Shown here: in pieces, positions 11,678-24,428 of the stretch
How positions within the stretch are numbered: the stretch's first letter is position 1
Layout: each line of letters begins with the position of its first letter
NCBI GenBank assembly: GCA_024407725.1
Contig: JAKSVZ010000007.1
Span: 10,192 to 42,191 of the forward strand
Source: Opitutales bacterium
GTDB lineage: Bacteria; Verrucomicrobiota; Verrucomicrobiia; Opitutales; UBA9783
DNA length: 32,000 nt
Direction: 5' to 3'
Notes under the pieces: model-generated
Told to the model about the DNA's origin: nothing
Seen by the model: only the letters and a program-made list of their open reading frames with translations
Database searches by the model: none
Position numbers and translations under genes: made by a program

Positions 11678-12889
11678 TTAACTATGAATATGATGCTGAT
11701 AAAATGCCTTCCATTGACCCGAGCGAATTGCCTGACGGATAGCTTCCATCCAACGCATCATAAAACGGGCATTATGAATCGTTAGCAACAATCCTCCTGT
11801 GCTTTCCCTCGCTTTAAACAAATGGTGCACATAAGAACGCGTAAAGCGACGGCATGTATAGCAATCACATGCGCTATCTATTGGATTCACATCTTCTGCA
11901 TAACAGGCATTTTTTAAATTAATATGCTCTTTTGCAACTGCTTCTTCAGGACGGGCGATAAGCGCACACCCATGCCGTGCTATACGCGTAGGATGTACAC
12001 AATCGAAAGTATCCACGCCTGAATTAACCCCTTCTAGCAAATCGCGCAATCCACCAATACCTAACAGATGCGTTGGACGATCAACCGGAACCTGTTGCAT
12101 AATATAATCGACCAAACCGTACATCTCCTGTTTTTCTACTCCCAAACTTCCCCCAATCGCTTGACCAAAAAACGGATGACTTTTAATAAAATCAATGCTT
12201 TCCGTGCGCAAATCCTCATAAATTCCTCCTTGGATAATTCCGTACATACGCTGACGATCATCAAAGTGATCTAAAAACTGCTTTAAACTGCGCTCTTCCC
12301 AACGATGGCTCAATTGGGTAGAAGCAACAATTTCGCTACGTGTTCTATGAGTAGGAGCACATTCATCCAACGGCAAAATAAAATCAGCCCCTAAAGCTTG
12401 TTGAATCTCAACCGAACGCTCCGGAGTCAACATACACATCCTCCCATTCACATAAGAACGGAACATGGCTCCATCTTCTGTTATTTTTAACAAGGTACGA
12501 ATGGCATTTGGACGGCTCTTACCTTTGATTTCATCAATAACACCCCCATAACCCATGCTAAAGATTTGGAATCCGCCTGAATCGGTTAACATAGGGCCAT
12601 CCCAACCCGTAAACGCATGCAATCCACCGTTCAACTTAACAATATCCGGCCCTGGCTGTAACCAAAGATGATAGGTATTCCCTAAAACAATTTGGGCACC
12701 AACTGCTTTTATTTGCTCCATGGTAGCCCCTTTAATGGCTCCATGGGTTCCACAAAAAACAAAATTAGGGGTTTCAACCACTCCATGCGGGGTTTCGATA
12801 ATACCGCAATGCGCACGGCCATAATCAGCCTGCGCCGTTACGCGATAAGCAAAGGTTTTGGAAAATTCATCATCTGACAACGTTTCCAT
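11678..12889 (-). CDS. tgt: Queuine tRNA-ribosyltransferase
   Basis: 403 aa ORF with ...LTDSGGFQIFS... and the zinc motif CDCYTCRRFTRSYVHHL, both typical of Tgt. Confidence 0.93.
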   Translation of the reverse strand: METLSDDEFSKTFAYRVTAQADYGRAHCGIIETPHGVVETPNFVFCGTHGAIKGATMEQIKAVGAQIVLGNTYHLWLQPGPDIVKLNGGLHAFTGWDGPMLTDSGGFQIFSMGYGGVIDEIKGKSRPNAIRTLLKITEDGAMFRSYVNGRMCMLTPERSVEIQQALGADFILPLDECAPTHRTRSEIVASTQLSHRWEERSLKQFLDHFDDRQRMYGIIQGGIYEDLRTESIDFIKSHPFFGQAIGGSLGVEKQEMYGLVDYIMQQVPVDRPTHLLGIGGLRDLLEGVNSGVDTFDCVHPTRIARHGCALIARPEEAVAKEHINLKNACYAEDVNPIDSACDCYTCRRFTRSYVHHLFKARESTGGLLLTIHNARFMMRWMEAIRQAIRSGQWKAFYQHHIHS

Positions 12890-12941
12890 ACTAACCTGTA
12901 TACCTTTACCGATCCCTTATACTTACGATCAAGAACCTAGT

Positions 12942-14150
12942 TTATTGTTCCTTAATACTCTCTTCAGGTATATTCTCTGCTGAATTTTGCGGCTTTTGTA
13001 GCAATGCAAGGACAAACAAAAACAAAAATGCCACTTCTGATTGCATATAATGCAGAATATAAGTCGTATTAAGCGTTTTGGATATACAAGCAATCAGGAT
13101 AGCGAGCATATCTAAAAGAATAAACACCTGCTTTTTATGTTCCTTAGAGAACAAACGAACATGCTTCAACTGTACAACAACAGCGCATACAAACCCAATC
13201 CATAGCAAATTATAAACGCTATTTAGGATAAAAGAGGCATAGGTTTTTAGAGGAGCTTTAAAAAAAATTAACGAACCATTGCAGCAAAACGGAGCAAAAA
13301 TCGGGTTCAGTAAGCGCTGATATAAAGGTACCATGGGGATATAAGAACCATTATATATTTTCTGATCCCAACATGTTGCATACCAATACAAAACAGAAAC
13401 GATCTTTGTGATTAAAGGATAACAAGCTCCTATCAACACTATCCATAGCCATCGCAATCTAAATCTAAAGAAGCAATAAAAGCATAAGGTAACTAACGCA
13501 CAAACATAACACGATTTATGCACTACGCATAAGGCTACTAAAGCGATAATATTGAACACAAAATTCTGAAAGTGAGTCGTTAAAGCCCAACACACACCAA
13601 TAAGTACTAATAGCACGTAGCTCATAGGCAGCGGGCAACCACATTCGATCAATAAATATGGATTACATAGAGACAACAGACTGATCCATTTGAGTCCATC
13701 ACTCGCATGCAATAGGTGCAATAGATGCATAATTAAAACCATTGCGCCCATAATCGCTAATCCATGCATAAGTGAACAAAAGAATAAACCTTCAATATAA
13801 TACCGGTACCCCCATAACTTACAAACACTCGCATCAATCCAACGTGGGATATACGTATCAAAGGCTATACTACAACGCCTACTACCACCATTGTGATCAT
13901 ATTTCGGGCTATAAGAATAAATATAATAGTTGCTCCAATCAGGATTAAGGATACGTAGTTTATAGCTAACCGCATTTCTTTGTAACCAACAAGCGCTTGT
14001 GGTATAAGTTGCTACGCCAAACAATAGGATGCTGTTGATGAGCACAACGTACCGAAAGGGCTTCCAAGCCTTAACTGCCGGTAAGGCATAAAATTTACCA
14101 ACGCACCAAAAAAAGCACACCGCCGGTAAGAAGAACAAGAAATACCGCAT
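12942..14150 (-). CDS. Polytopic integral membrane protein, Cys-rich, unknown function
   Basis: 402 aa ORF that is hydrophobic almost throughout (10 or more predicted helices by eye). I recognise no catalytic motif. An O-antigen-polymerase or GT-C type protein is possible but unsupported. Confidence 0.55.
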   Translation of the reverse strand: MRYFLFFLPAVCFFWCVGKFYALPAVKAWKPFRYVVLINSILLFGVATYTTSACWLQRNAVSYKLRILNPDWSNYYIYSYSPKYDHNGGSRRCSIAFDTYIPRWIDASVCKLWGYRYYIEGLFFCSLMHGLAIMGAMVLIMHLLHLLHASDGLKWISLLSLCNPYLLIECGCPLPMSYVLLVLIGVCWALTTHFQNFVFNIIALVALCVVHKSCYVCALVTLCFYCFFRFRLRWLWIVLIGACYPLITKIVSVLYWYATCWDQKIYNGSYIPMVPLYQRLLNPIFAPFCCNGSLIFFKAPLKTYASFILNSVYNLLWIGFVCAVVVQLKHVRLFSKEHKKQVFILLDMLAILIACISKTLNTTYILHYMQSEVAFLFLFVLALLQKPQNSAENIPEESIKEQ

Positions 14151-14156
14151 AAGTTG

Positions 14157-16604
14157 CTAAGATTGCATTTCTTCCGGTCCTTGAGCGACCTTACAGAGTC
14201 TAACCAATTGATCGTTGGGCTCTAGGCTAATCAACCGCACTCCTTGTGTGGTTCGACCGATCTTACGCACATCTTTGATAGGGCAACGAACTGCCTGACC
14301 GGATTGGGTAAAGAGCATCATTTCATCTGCATCCTCCACTACAATCGCCCCTGCAACCTCAACCTGCTTACCCTCTTTACCTTTAATCGCGATGATTCCC
14401 TTCCCTCCTCTGTGTTGTACTCGGTAATCCGAAAAGTCGGAACGCTTTCCTTGACCATTGATGCCAGCAATCAATAACGAACAGCTTGGGTTCACAATGC
14501 ACAACGCTTGTACGACATCCTGTTCATCCAAGTCAATCCCGATAACGCCTCGGGTATCTCGACTTAACTGTCGGCATTCTGATTCATGGAAGCGAATCGA
14601 TAGCCCTTTGCGGGTAATCAGCATCAATTCGTTCTGTCCATTGGTTAAATCCGCTCCTACGATCAAGTCATCCTCATCCACATTCATGCCAATCAAACCG
14701 GACGAACGGTAATTTTGGTAATCGGACAAAGCAGATTTTTTAATAATTCCATTTCGGGTTACCATCACCAACGAATGGACATCGTCAAAGGACTGGAAGC
14801 ATAAAGTCGCAGCCACTACCTCGTCGGATTTTAAATTCAAAACGTTGATCAATGCACGCCCCTTAGAAGTACGTGAGCCCTCAGGAATATCGTATAGTTT
14901 CTTAATATACACGCGGCCATTCTGCATCACGAACATAATAAAATCGTGTGCATTAGCGGTAAATGAATGCTCAATAAAATCCTCTTCGTACTGGCCAGCA
15001 CTCAATACTCCTTTGCCACCTCGCTTTTGGGAACGGAAGGCTTCCATGTCGGTCCGTTTAATAAATCCTTTATGGGATAACGTAACGCAGCAACCAACAT
15101 TCGGAATCATATCTTCCATCCGGAATTCTGCCTCATCAGGGATAATGCGCGTTTTTCGATCGATGCCGTATTTTTCGCGTTCCTGTAAAAATTCTTCTTT
15201 TAATACCGACAACAACTTGGTATCGCTCGACAAAATCAAACGCAGCTCTTCAGCGGTTTTTAGCAACGCTTCGTATTCTCCATCAATTTTTTCGCGCTCC
15301 ATTCCGGTTAATTGATACAAGCGCAAATCCAAAATGGCAGTCGCTTGCGTAACCGACAACTGGTATTTCTTAATCAAGGCTGACTGTGCTTCTTCACGAG
15401 AGCCTGACCCACGAATGATTTTTACAAAATCATCCAAATGATCGATGGCGATCTTGTAACCCTCTAGGATATGCAGCCGTTCTTCCGCTTTTTGCAAACG
15501 GAATTGGGTACGTCGGGATACAACTTCTCGACGATGCTCCAAATAGCATTCGAGCATCTCCTTGATGTTCATTTGCTTAGGTCGTTGCTGATCCAAAGCT
15601 AACAAAATGACACCAAAAGAGGATTCTAACGGGGTTAATTTGTACAGTTTATTGAGCACCACGCGCGCAATTTCCCCTCGCTTTAGTTCAATAACAATGC
15701 GGGTTTGCTCATCGGATTCATCCCGTAAATCACTGATTTCGGTTAAAATCTTTAGGTGCACCAACTCCGCAATTTTGGTAACTAAAGTGGCGCGATTAAC
15801 CGCGTAAGGAATTTCAGTGATAATAATTTGGTCTTTTCCATTATCATTTTCCTCAATATGAGCCTCTCCGCGGATATGGATAATACCACGTCCGGTGCGC
15901 AAATAACTCGAAATGCCACTCAATCCAACCACCGTACCGCCTGTTGGGAAATCGGGTCCCTTGATAACCCCCATTAAATCGTCAACAGTGGCGTTTTGGT
16001 TATCGATCAACAAAACCAACGCATCCATCAATTCGCGAAGGTTGTGCGGAGGAATATTGGTGGTAATACCCACTGCAATTCCGGTTGATCCATTAAGAAG
16101 CAAATTGGGTAAAGCAGAAGGTAATACGGTTGGTTCTACCGTACTTTCCTTATAGTTCGGAATAAAATCAACGGTATTCTCATCGATATCCTTCAGAAGC
16201 TCTTCAGCAACATCCTTCAAGCGGCATTCGGTGTAACGATACGCAGCAGCCAAATCCCCATCGATCGAGCCAAAATTCCCCTGTGGGTCGATCAACGGAT
16301 GATTCATCACCCAATCCTGACCTAAACGCACCAAGGCATCATAAACCGAACTATCGCCATGCGGGTGGTAGTTTTTGAGCACTTCTCCGACAACACCTGC
16401 GCATTTATCGAACGGCCGGTTGTGTACCAATCCCTCACGGAACATAGCATAAAGGATACGCCGATGAACCGGTTTAAACCCATCGCGTACATCGGGTAAT
16501 GCACGGCTTACGATAACGGACATCGAATAGTCGATATAAGCCGACTTCATGATGTCATTAACATTCGTATCAATTAAAAACTCTTTGTCTGTACTCATGT
16601 GCAA
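14157..16604 (-). CDS. gyrA: DNA gyrase subunit A
   Basis: 815 aa ORF with SRALPDVRDGFKPVHRRILYAM and the active-site AAYRYTE region. Confidence 0.97.
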   Translation of the reverse strand: MHMSTDKEFLIDTNVNDIMKSAYIDYSMSVIVSRALPDVRDGFKPVHRRILYAMFREGLVHNRPFDKCAGVVGEVLKNYHPHGDSSVYDALVRLGQDWVMNHPLIDPQGNFGSIDGDLAAAYRYTECRLKDVAEELLKDIDENTVDFIPNYKESTVEPTVLPSALPNLLLNGSTGIAVGITTNIPPHNLRELMDALVLLIDNQNATVDDLMGVIKGPDFPTGGTVVGLSGISSYLRTGRGIIHIRGEAHIEENDNGKDQIIITEIPYAVNRATLVTKIAELVHLKILTEISDLRDESDEQTRIVIELKRGEIARVVLNKLYKLTPLESSFGVILLALDQQRPKQMNIKEMLECYLEHRREVVSRRTQFRLQKAEERLHILEGYKIAIDHLDDFVKIIRGSGSREEAQSALIKKYQLSVTQATAILDLRLYQLTGMEREKIDGEYEALLKTAEELRLILSSDTKLLSVLKEEFLQEREKYGIDRKTRIIPDEAEFRMEDMIPNVGCCVTLSHKGFIKRTDMEAFRSQKRGGKGVLSAGQYEEDFIEHSFTANAHDFIMFVMQNGRVYIKKLYDIPEGSRTSKGRALINVLNLKSDEVVAATLCFQSFDDVHSLVMVTRNGIIKKSALSDYQNYRSSGLIGMNVDEDDLIVGADLTNGQNELMLITRKGLSIRFHESECRQLSRDTRGVIGIDLDEQDVVQALCIVNPSCSLLIAGINGQGKRSDFSDYRVQHRGGKGIIAIKGKEGKQVEVAGAIVVEDADEMMLFTQSGQAVRCPIKDVRKIGRTTQGVRLISLEPNDQLVRLCKVAQGPEEMQS

Positions 16605-16637
16605 TGCGTTAAATGGCTTCGTTCTCTGTCTTCCCTA

Positions 16638-19262
<2,625 letters not shown>

Positions 19263-19332
19263 TTAAGCATATGGAAGACAGTCAACACAGATTATTTTAT
19301 AATCCGGATACTTGTTAAGCATATGGAACACA
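19263..19332. repeat. Two copies of an 18 bp direct repeat TTAAGCATATGGAA(G/C)ACA, 52 bp apart, in the gyrB/paralog divergent intergenic region
   Basis: 19263-19280 and 19315-19332 are identical at 17 of 18 positions, and each copy contains the palindrome CATATG. The first copy overlaps a candidate -35 (AAGACA-17-TATAAT, with the -10 at 19298-19303). Confidence 0.6.
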
Positions 19333-19401
19333 AAATCCATAAGTATTACTCCCCTTTCAACTCAACTATTAACTCATAATCTCTGAATCGATCTCTTAAC
19401 C

Positions 19402-20439
19402 ATGGGCATTGAAACTAATCCACAAGCAATCCATTCTCAGATAGAATTAACTCAACCTAATGAGAATGTTAATGATAACTCAATCTCTGTATCTCAACAG
19501 GCAATTGTTAAAAATATAAACCTAGCAACCAAATCGTTGGCTAATATGCACGAGGCTGGGAAAGCACACTCCGTAAGCATCACCGATAAAACACAAGGGA
19601 AAGGTATTTTGGGGCGCATCAACCAAGTTTTCCAAAATATCGTACATAACCTTAAGCATTTATTCTCCACCCAAAGCGGCATCGTAAAATCCCTCAATCA
19701 GAGCGTCACCGATCTAACTAACGCAACCGACCAAATCATGTATTCCTATAAAGATATTTCAAAAGACCAACAGCAAACGTTGGTGAACAATCTTGCAAAT
19801 ACCTTTGTAAAAACCGCTAATACCCTACAGCAAATCATCGGAACCGATCTTCCATTAAACGACATAGCTGAGTATTGTAATGACCTTGTTTGGAGTAATA
19901 ATGAACCCGATCCTGAGAAAGAAGCCTTAACTCAAGCATTAAATTTAGCAAACAAACCCGTAAATAAAGCAATTGTCGATTGCTTATGCTCAATGACCCG
20001 TCTTCAGCTTGCAATTGATTTGGCTGCTCGTTCAGAAACAAGGTCATCAAGCGCAATAGATAACAATGTACAGAACCAATCAGTTGAAAAACAGCAACCC
20101 ATCAGCTTCAAATTTGAAAGCGACGAAGAATCATTTATCGATGACATAGATTACCATCCCCTAACCGACCGAGAGCTAGAAGCCTCAATCCAAACAGGGA
20201 TGAAAACTCTGCGTACTTACATGCCAAAATTTCAACCGAATGCTGCTATAAGCGATATATTAACCCAAGACGAAAGTAGTCCAGAAGAGATCTGCCAACA
20301 ATTATCCATCGATACGAACTCATTAAATCCGGATCAAGTCAAAGACGTGAACAATCAAATCGAAGAATTACAACACAATCTTGGGATACAAGCCTTACGC
20401 AACGATCCAGACGTAATACAGTTGGATAAAGACGAATAA
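19402..20439 (+). CDS. Hypothetical Asn/Gln-rich protein, paralog 1 of a tandem pair (no signal peptide or TM)
   Basis: 345 aa ORF. Its N-terminal ~95 aa align with the next ORF (e.g. SLANMHEAGKAHSV.. vs SLANMHEADKTRLV..). Shared central (NKAIVDCL/NKAITDCL) and C-terminal (QQLSIDTNSL/QQLGINTSSL) blocks are also present. Confidence 0.7.
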   Translation: MGIETNPQAIHSQIELTQPNENVNDNSISVSQQAIVKNINLATKSLANMHEAGKAHSVSITDKTQGKGILGRINQVFQNIVHNLKHLFSTQSGIVKSLNQSVTDLTNATDQIMYSYKDISKDQQQTLVNNLANTFVKTANTLQQIIGTDLPLNDIAEYCNDLVWSNNEPDPEKEALTQALNLANKPVNKAIVDCLCSMTRLQLAIDLAARSETRSSSAIDNNVQNQSVEKQQPISFKFESDEESFIDDIDYHPLTDRELEASIQTGMKTLRTYMPKFQPNAAISDILTQDESSPEEICQQLSIDTNSLNPDQVKDVNNQIEELQHNLGIQALRNDPDVIQLDKDE

Positions 20440-20504
20440 TACTCAACATTGTAGGATTCTACCGCATCCCATTGAACCATAAACACTCCCTATAACCTAA
20501 CACC

Positions 20505-21959
20505 ATGGCCATCCAAAATAATTCTCAAGTAAGCAATCCCCAGATTGAACAATTCAACCAACCCAATGCAAACGTTGGTAATAATTCCATCGCTATCGCT
20601 AACAATGCAATTATTAAAAACGTAAATTCATTAACGACGCAATCGTTGGCTAACATGCACGAAGCAGATAAAACACGCTTGGTAACGCTTACCCATAATA
20701 CAGAAGGCAAGAGCTTTTTCGGACGTATTCAACAAATCGCCATTAATATCGCGCACAACATTAAACATTTAGTATTTAAGGATTTTCAAGCGAGCGCTAT
20801 ACATGTGCTCAACAACAGCACCGCCGAACTGACTTTAATGGGGGAACAAATCCTACGTTCAAATATAGAGTTTTCACAATTGGAAAAAAAGGATTTGAAT
20901 AAAACTCTAATCAAGACCGCTAACCAAACCTATAATACCTTAAAGCAAATCATAGGTTTTCAAGATGGAGATTTTAAATGGGTAGGAGGAACTCTATTCA
21001 AATCTAATTTCGTTATTAACAACAACAATCACTTAACCTCAAAATTAAACGAGCCACTTAACAAAGCAATTACTGATTGCTTAAGTGCTTTAGACGGTCT
21101 CCAACAGGTGATTAACAGAGAGCATAGCAAAGCAACAAACGCTTCAAACTCTACCAATAATAACGTTCAAAACACCCCCATTGAGCAACCTAAGGCAGCT
21201 GAACCCGAAGCGATCAAAGAAGAACCCGCTCCATCCAATCTTCAAAATCCTGAACCTCAGTTGAAAAATGATTCTGAAGTAAAACAGCCTGTTCACTCAG
21301 AACCTATCCAAAACGAACCTATTCCTCAATCGGACGATTCATTCGAGGGAATGATTGATACGCTTTATAAACACATACCATCCGGTACGATCGAGTCTAA
21401 AGAAGCATTAATTTCGTTATTAACCAAGAGCAGTGATTTAGAAGGAACCCTCCAACAACTGGGGATTAATACCTCCTCATTACCTGACAATCTCATGGAT
21501 GATTTACAAAATGAAATAATTTTGCAAAGTATTATCGCTAGCTCCCAAGCATCTTCTTCCGAAGAACAACCCGTTCAGCCTTCAAATCCATCTACAAACG
21601 GGGTAGCTTCACCTATTGAAAACCCAAATCTTCCAGTGGAAGACTCAAGTTCGCCAGTAGTAGAAAACAAGTCCTCAAACAACAATTCATCAGGGAAAGT
21701 CACCAATAATAAGGGGAAAACCGGAACGAATCCGTCAGTGAATAAATCCAAAAAGGCAAAGAAGAAAACCCCTAGTTATTTAAAATCAACCCAAGCAACT
21801 CGTAATAAAGTTTCGACTAAAAAGACCCATGCAAGCGAAAAAGCATTTGCAAAAGTCTCGGAATTCAACATCGACAGAAGCAAGTTAGACCGCAAAGGAG
21901 GCCTAACCCACGATGAGCCTTATCAAGCACCCAATGCAAATCCTTTTGAGAGGAAGTAA
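20505..21959 (+). CDS. Hypothetical Asn/Gln/Pro-rich protein, paralog 2, with a Lys-rich C-terminal tail
   Basis: 484 aa ORF homologous to 19402-20439. It also has a Pro/Glu-rich low-complexity insert and a basic tail (..NKSKKAKKKTPSYLKSTQATRNKVSTKKTH..). Confidence 0.7.
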   Translation: MAIQNNSQVSNPQIEQFNQPNANVGNNSIAIANNAIIKNVNSLTTQSLANMHEADKTRLVTLTHNTEGKSFFGRIQQIAINIAHNIKHLVFKDFQASAIHVLNNSTAELTLMGEQILRSNIEFSQLEKKDLNKTLIKTANQTYNTLKQIIGFQDGDFKWVGGTLFKSNFVINNNNHLTSKLNEPLNKAITDCLSALDGLQQVINREHSKATNASNSTNNNVQNTPIEQPKAAEPEAIKEEPAPSNLQNPEPQLKNDSEVKQPVHSEPIQNEPIPQSDDSFEGMIDTLYKHIPSGTIESKEALISLLTKSSDLEGTLQQLGINTSSLPDNLMDDLQNEIILQSIIASSQASSSEEQPVQPSNPSTNGVASPIENPNLPVEDSSSPVVENKSSNNNSSGKVTNNKGKTGTNPSVNKSKKAKKKTPSYLKSTQATRNKVSTKKTHASEKAFAKVSEFNIDRSKLDRKGGLTHDEPYQAPNANPFERK

Positions 21960-21965
21960 GAATCG

Positions 21966-22538
21966 TCAATGTTTGTTAAGGGACAGCAGATCGTCCGTTT
22001 TGGCCTTCAACAGCTGTTCTACCTTAGCAATATAAGCATCCGTCAGGGTTTGCACCTCTTTTTCTAGGCGCTTAACATCATCTTCCGTGCACGTGCCGTT
22101 GCTTTTGGCTGCTTTAACCACCTTAAGCGCTTCCTGACGGCAATTGCGTACTGACACCCTACCTTCTTCCGCTATTTTATTGGCCACTTTCACCAATTCT
22201 TCTCGGCGTTCACGGCTTAAATCGGGAAGGGGGCAAAATACGCATTCGCCCAAAATACTCGCGTTAATACCCAAATTCGCCAACAAAATAGCCTTTTCGA
22301 TGGGTTTTAAGTTGGTTTTGTCCCACGGTTGTACGCGCAACGAACGAGCATCGGGAGTTGTAATACTCGCAATATCTTTCAGGCGCATCATCGACCCATA
22401 AACCTCGACATTAATCGCCTCCAACATCTGCGGATCCGCTTTGCCGGTATGCAGCGTCCCCATTTGATGTTGCGTATGCTCAATGGCTTTTTGCATCGCT
22501 GCTTCTGCGCTTTTCCCAATCGGTGAACTATTTGACAT
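21966..22538 (-). CDS. frr: Ribosome recycling factor
   Basis: 190 aa ORF with ...LRVQPWDKTNLKPIEKAILLANLGIN...RVSVRNCRQEA..., typical of RRF. Confidence 0.93.
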   Translation of the reverse strand: MSNSSPIGKSAEAAMQKAIEHTQHQMGTLHTGKADPQMLEAINVEVYGSMMRLKDIASITTPDARSLRVQPWDKTNLKPIEKAILLANLGINASILGECVFCPLPDLSRERREELVKVANKIAEEGRVSVRNCRQEALKVVKAAKSNGTCTEDDVKRLEKEVQTLTDAYIAKVEQLLKAKTDDLLSLNKH

Positions 22539-22562
22539 AAAATTTCTCAGTAGATGTTAGAA

Positions 22563-23270
22563 TTATAAAGATTTTTTATCGCCAATCCAAGTCCCTATTA
22601 TTTGTCCACGCACTGCTTTAACAATGGCGTCCGGTTTACCTGCATTAAAGATAAACATAGGCAATTTTTGCTCTTGGCATAAAGCAAACGCACACGCATC
22701 CATTACCCCATACCGGCCTTCCAGAACCTCATCATAGGTCAAATGGTCAAAGCGCTTAGCATTCGGGAATTGATCCGGTGGGTTATCATAAACCCCATCA
22801 ACCGTAGTAGCTTTTAACAGCGCATCTGCATGAATTTCTAATGCCCGTAAAGCCGCCGCCGTATCCGTTGAAAAGAACGCATGTCCGGTACCTCCCGACA
22901 AAATCACAACGCGTCCCTGTTCTAGTTGCTTCTGAATTTGAACCGGACAAAAGGGGTTGATAGGGCCTCCGGTTAAAAAGGTGCCATACAGAACCGTTGG
23001 GATTCCCTCTGATTGCAAAAACGACTGTAAAAACAACGCATTCGTGCAGGTAGCCGACATACCAATTGCATCCGCTTGCGCACGATCCAAACGGTAGGTA
23101 TTACGCCCTCCACGAAAGATATTACCTCCCCCAATAACAATGGCGATTTGCAAGCCATCTTGGAGCAAGGTTTTCAATTGATTCGCAATACTTTGAAGCT
23201 TATCGACGGACCATAAAACCTCGCCATCGCGAAAAAACCCACCACTTAATTTTAATAAAATACGTTTCAT
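22563..23270 (-). CDS. pyrH: Uridylate (UMP) kinase
   Basis: The conserved sequence starts at MKRILLKLSGG (ATG at 23270). The longer ORF-track start (23351) would overlap prmC by 77 nt and adds non-conserved residues. Confidence 0.9.
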   Translation of the reverse strand: MKRILLKLSGGFFRDGEVLWSVDKLQSIANQLKTLLQDGLQIAIVIGGGNIFRGGRNTYRLDRAQADAIGMSATCTNALFLQSFLQSEGIPTVLYGTFLTGGPINPFCPVQIQKQLEQGRVVILSGGTGHAFFSTDTAAALRALEIHADALLKATTVDGVYDNPPDQFPNAKRFDHLTYDEVLEGRYGVMDACAFALCQEQKLPMFIFNAGKPDAIVKAVRGQIIGTWIGDKKSL

Positions 23271-23274
23271 TGAC

Positions 23275-24126
23275 TTATGAATTTGTCCACAACCAAAAAT
23301 AACGTTGGCGATGCGACAAATCAAGTGTTGATTGCATTTTTTTATACCCACAAGAACGCGCGCATGCTTCCAACGCCTGATGTTGGTCTAATCCCGTTTC
23401 CATTACCATAACCCCCTCAGGATTTAAATGGTCATGACCTCCTTGAATAATCTGCTTTAAATCCGACAGCCCATTGTCCGAAGCCACTAAAGCCTGTCGG
23501 GGTTCAAATTGTTTTACTTCCGGCTGAGCACAGTCCCAATCAGCATCCGATAGGTAAGGCGGATTTGCGACGATACAATCAAACGAACCCTCAACCTTCT
23601 CAAACCAGTTGCTCGCGATAAACTCCATCCGATCGTGGACTCCATTTGCCTGAGCATTCTTGCGCGCTACTTCCAATGCTGGTTGCGAACGATCCAATGC
23701 CACCACCTGCGCTTGCGGAAAAAACGCCGCCAGCACAATTGCAAGCGCACCGCTTCCCGTCCCACAATCCAAAATTCTTTGCGGCAACCGATTGTTATCC
23801 TTAAAATACTGCCTTAATTGATAGAGTAACTCTTCTGTTTCTGGCCGCGGAATCAATACACGTGCATCCACTTGCAACGGATAACCGAAAAAATTAACAT
23901 TGCCTAAAATATACTGCAACGGCTCACGCTTTGCCCGCCGACCACTATAATAACGTAACTGATTCAGTTGGTCATCTGTTAACAGGCGCTGTAAATCTAA
24001 AAATAAATCAAGCCGTTTGCAACGAAGGGTAAATGCCATCAAACATTCTGCATCCGTACGGGGATTATCAATCCCATGTCGCTCAAAGTAATCGGTTAAC
24101 TTTTGTAGCGCATCCCCTAAGTGCAT
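23275..24126 (-). CDS. prmC: Release factor glutamine N5-methyltransferase (HemK/PrmC)
   Basis: 283 aa ORF with the SAM motif LDCGTGSGALAI and the catalytic NPPY (IVANPPYL). Confidence 0.88.
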   Translation of the reverse strand: MHLGDALQKLTDYFERHGIDNPRTDAECLMAFTLRCKRLDLFLDLQRLLTDDQLNQLRYYSGRRAKREPLQYILGNVNFFGYPLQVDARVLIPRPETEELLYQLRQYFKDNNRLPQRILDCGTGSGALAIVLAAFFPQAQVVALDRSQPALEVARKNAQANGVHDRMEFIASNWFEKVEGSFDCIVANPPYLSDADWDCAQPEVKQFEPRQALVASDNGLSDLKQIIQGGHDHLNPEGVMVMETGLDQHQALEACARSCGYKKMQSTLDLSHRQRYFWLWTNS

Positions 24127-24191
24127 CGCCCAACATTAATCCTTCAAACCGCCAGCCTTTAACGGCTCCTTAAGGTCGGTCGAACGTTCGA

Positions 24192-24428
24192 TTAACGAAC
24201 TATTTTTTCAACCAAACCCGCTTTCAACGCCTTGACGGATACCCAAACATGCCGAACTTGACCGTTAGGTAGAGCAATTTTTACGCGTTGTAGATTGGGT
24301 TTAAAAATACGACGGACTTTTTTGGTAACGTGCGTACCGATACCACCACTCTTTTTCGATTGACCTTTACGGCTAATGCATGAACCTACAACCCGCTTTT
24401 TACCTGTAATGTAACAAATACGTACCAT
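24192..24428 (-). CDS. rpmB: 50S ribosomal protein L28
   Basis: 78 aa basic ORF. MVRICYITGKK...PNLQRVKI...VSVKALKAG matches L28. Confidence 0.9.
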   Translation of the reverse strand: MVRICYITGKKRVVGSCISRKGQSKKSGGIGTHVTKKVRRIFKPNLQRVKIALPNGQVRHVWVSVKALKAGLVEKIVR

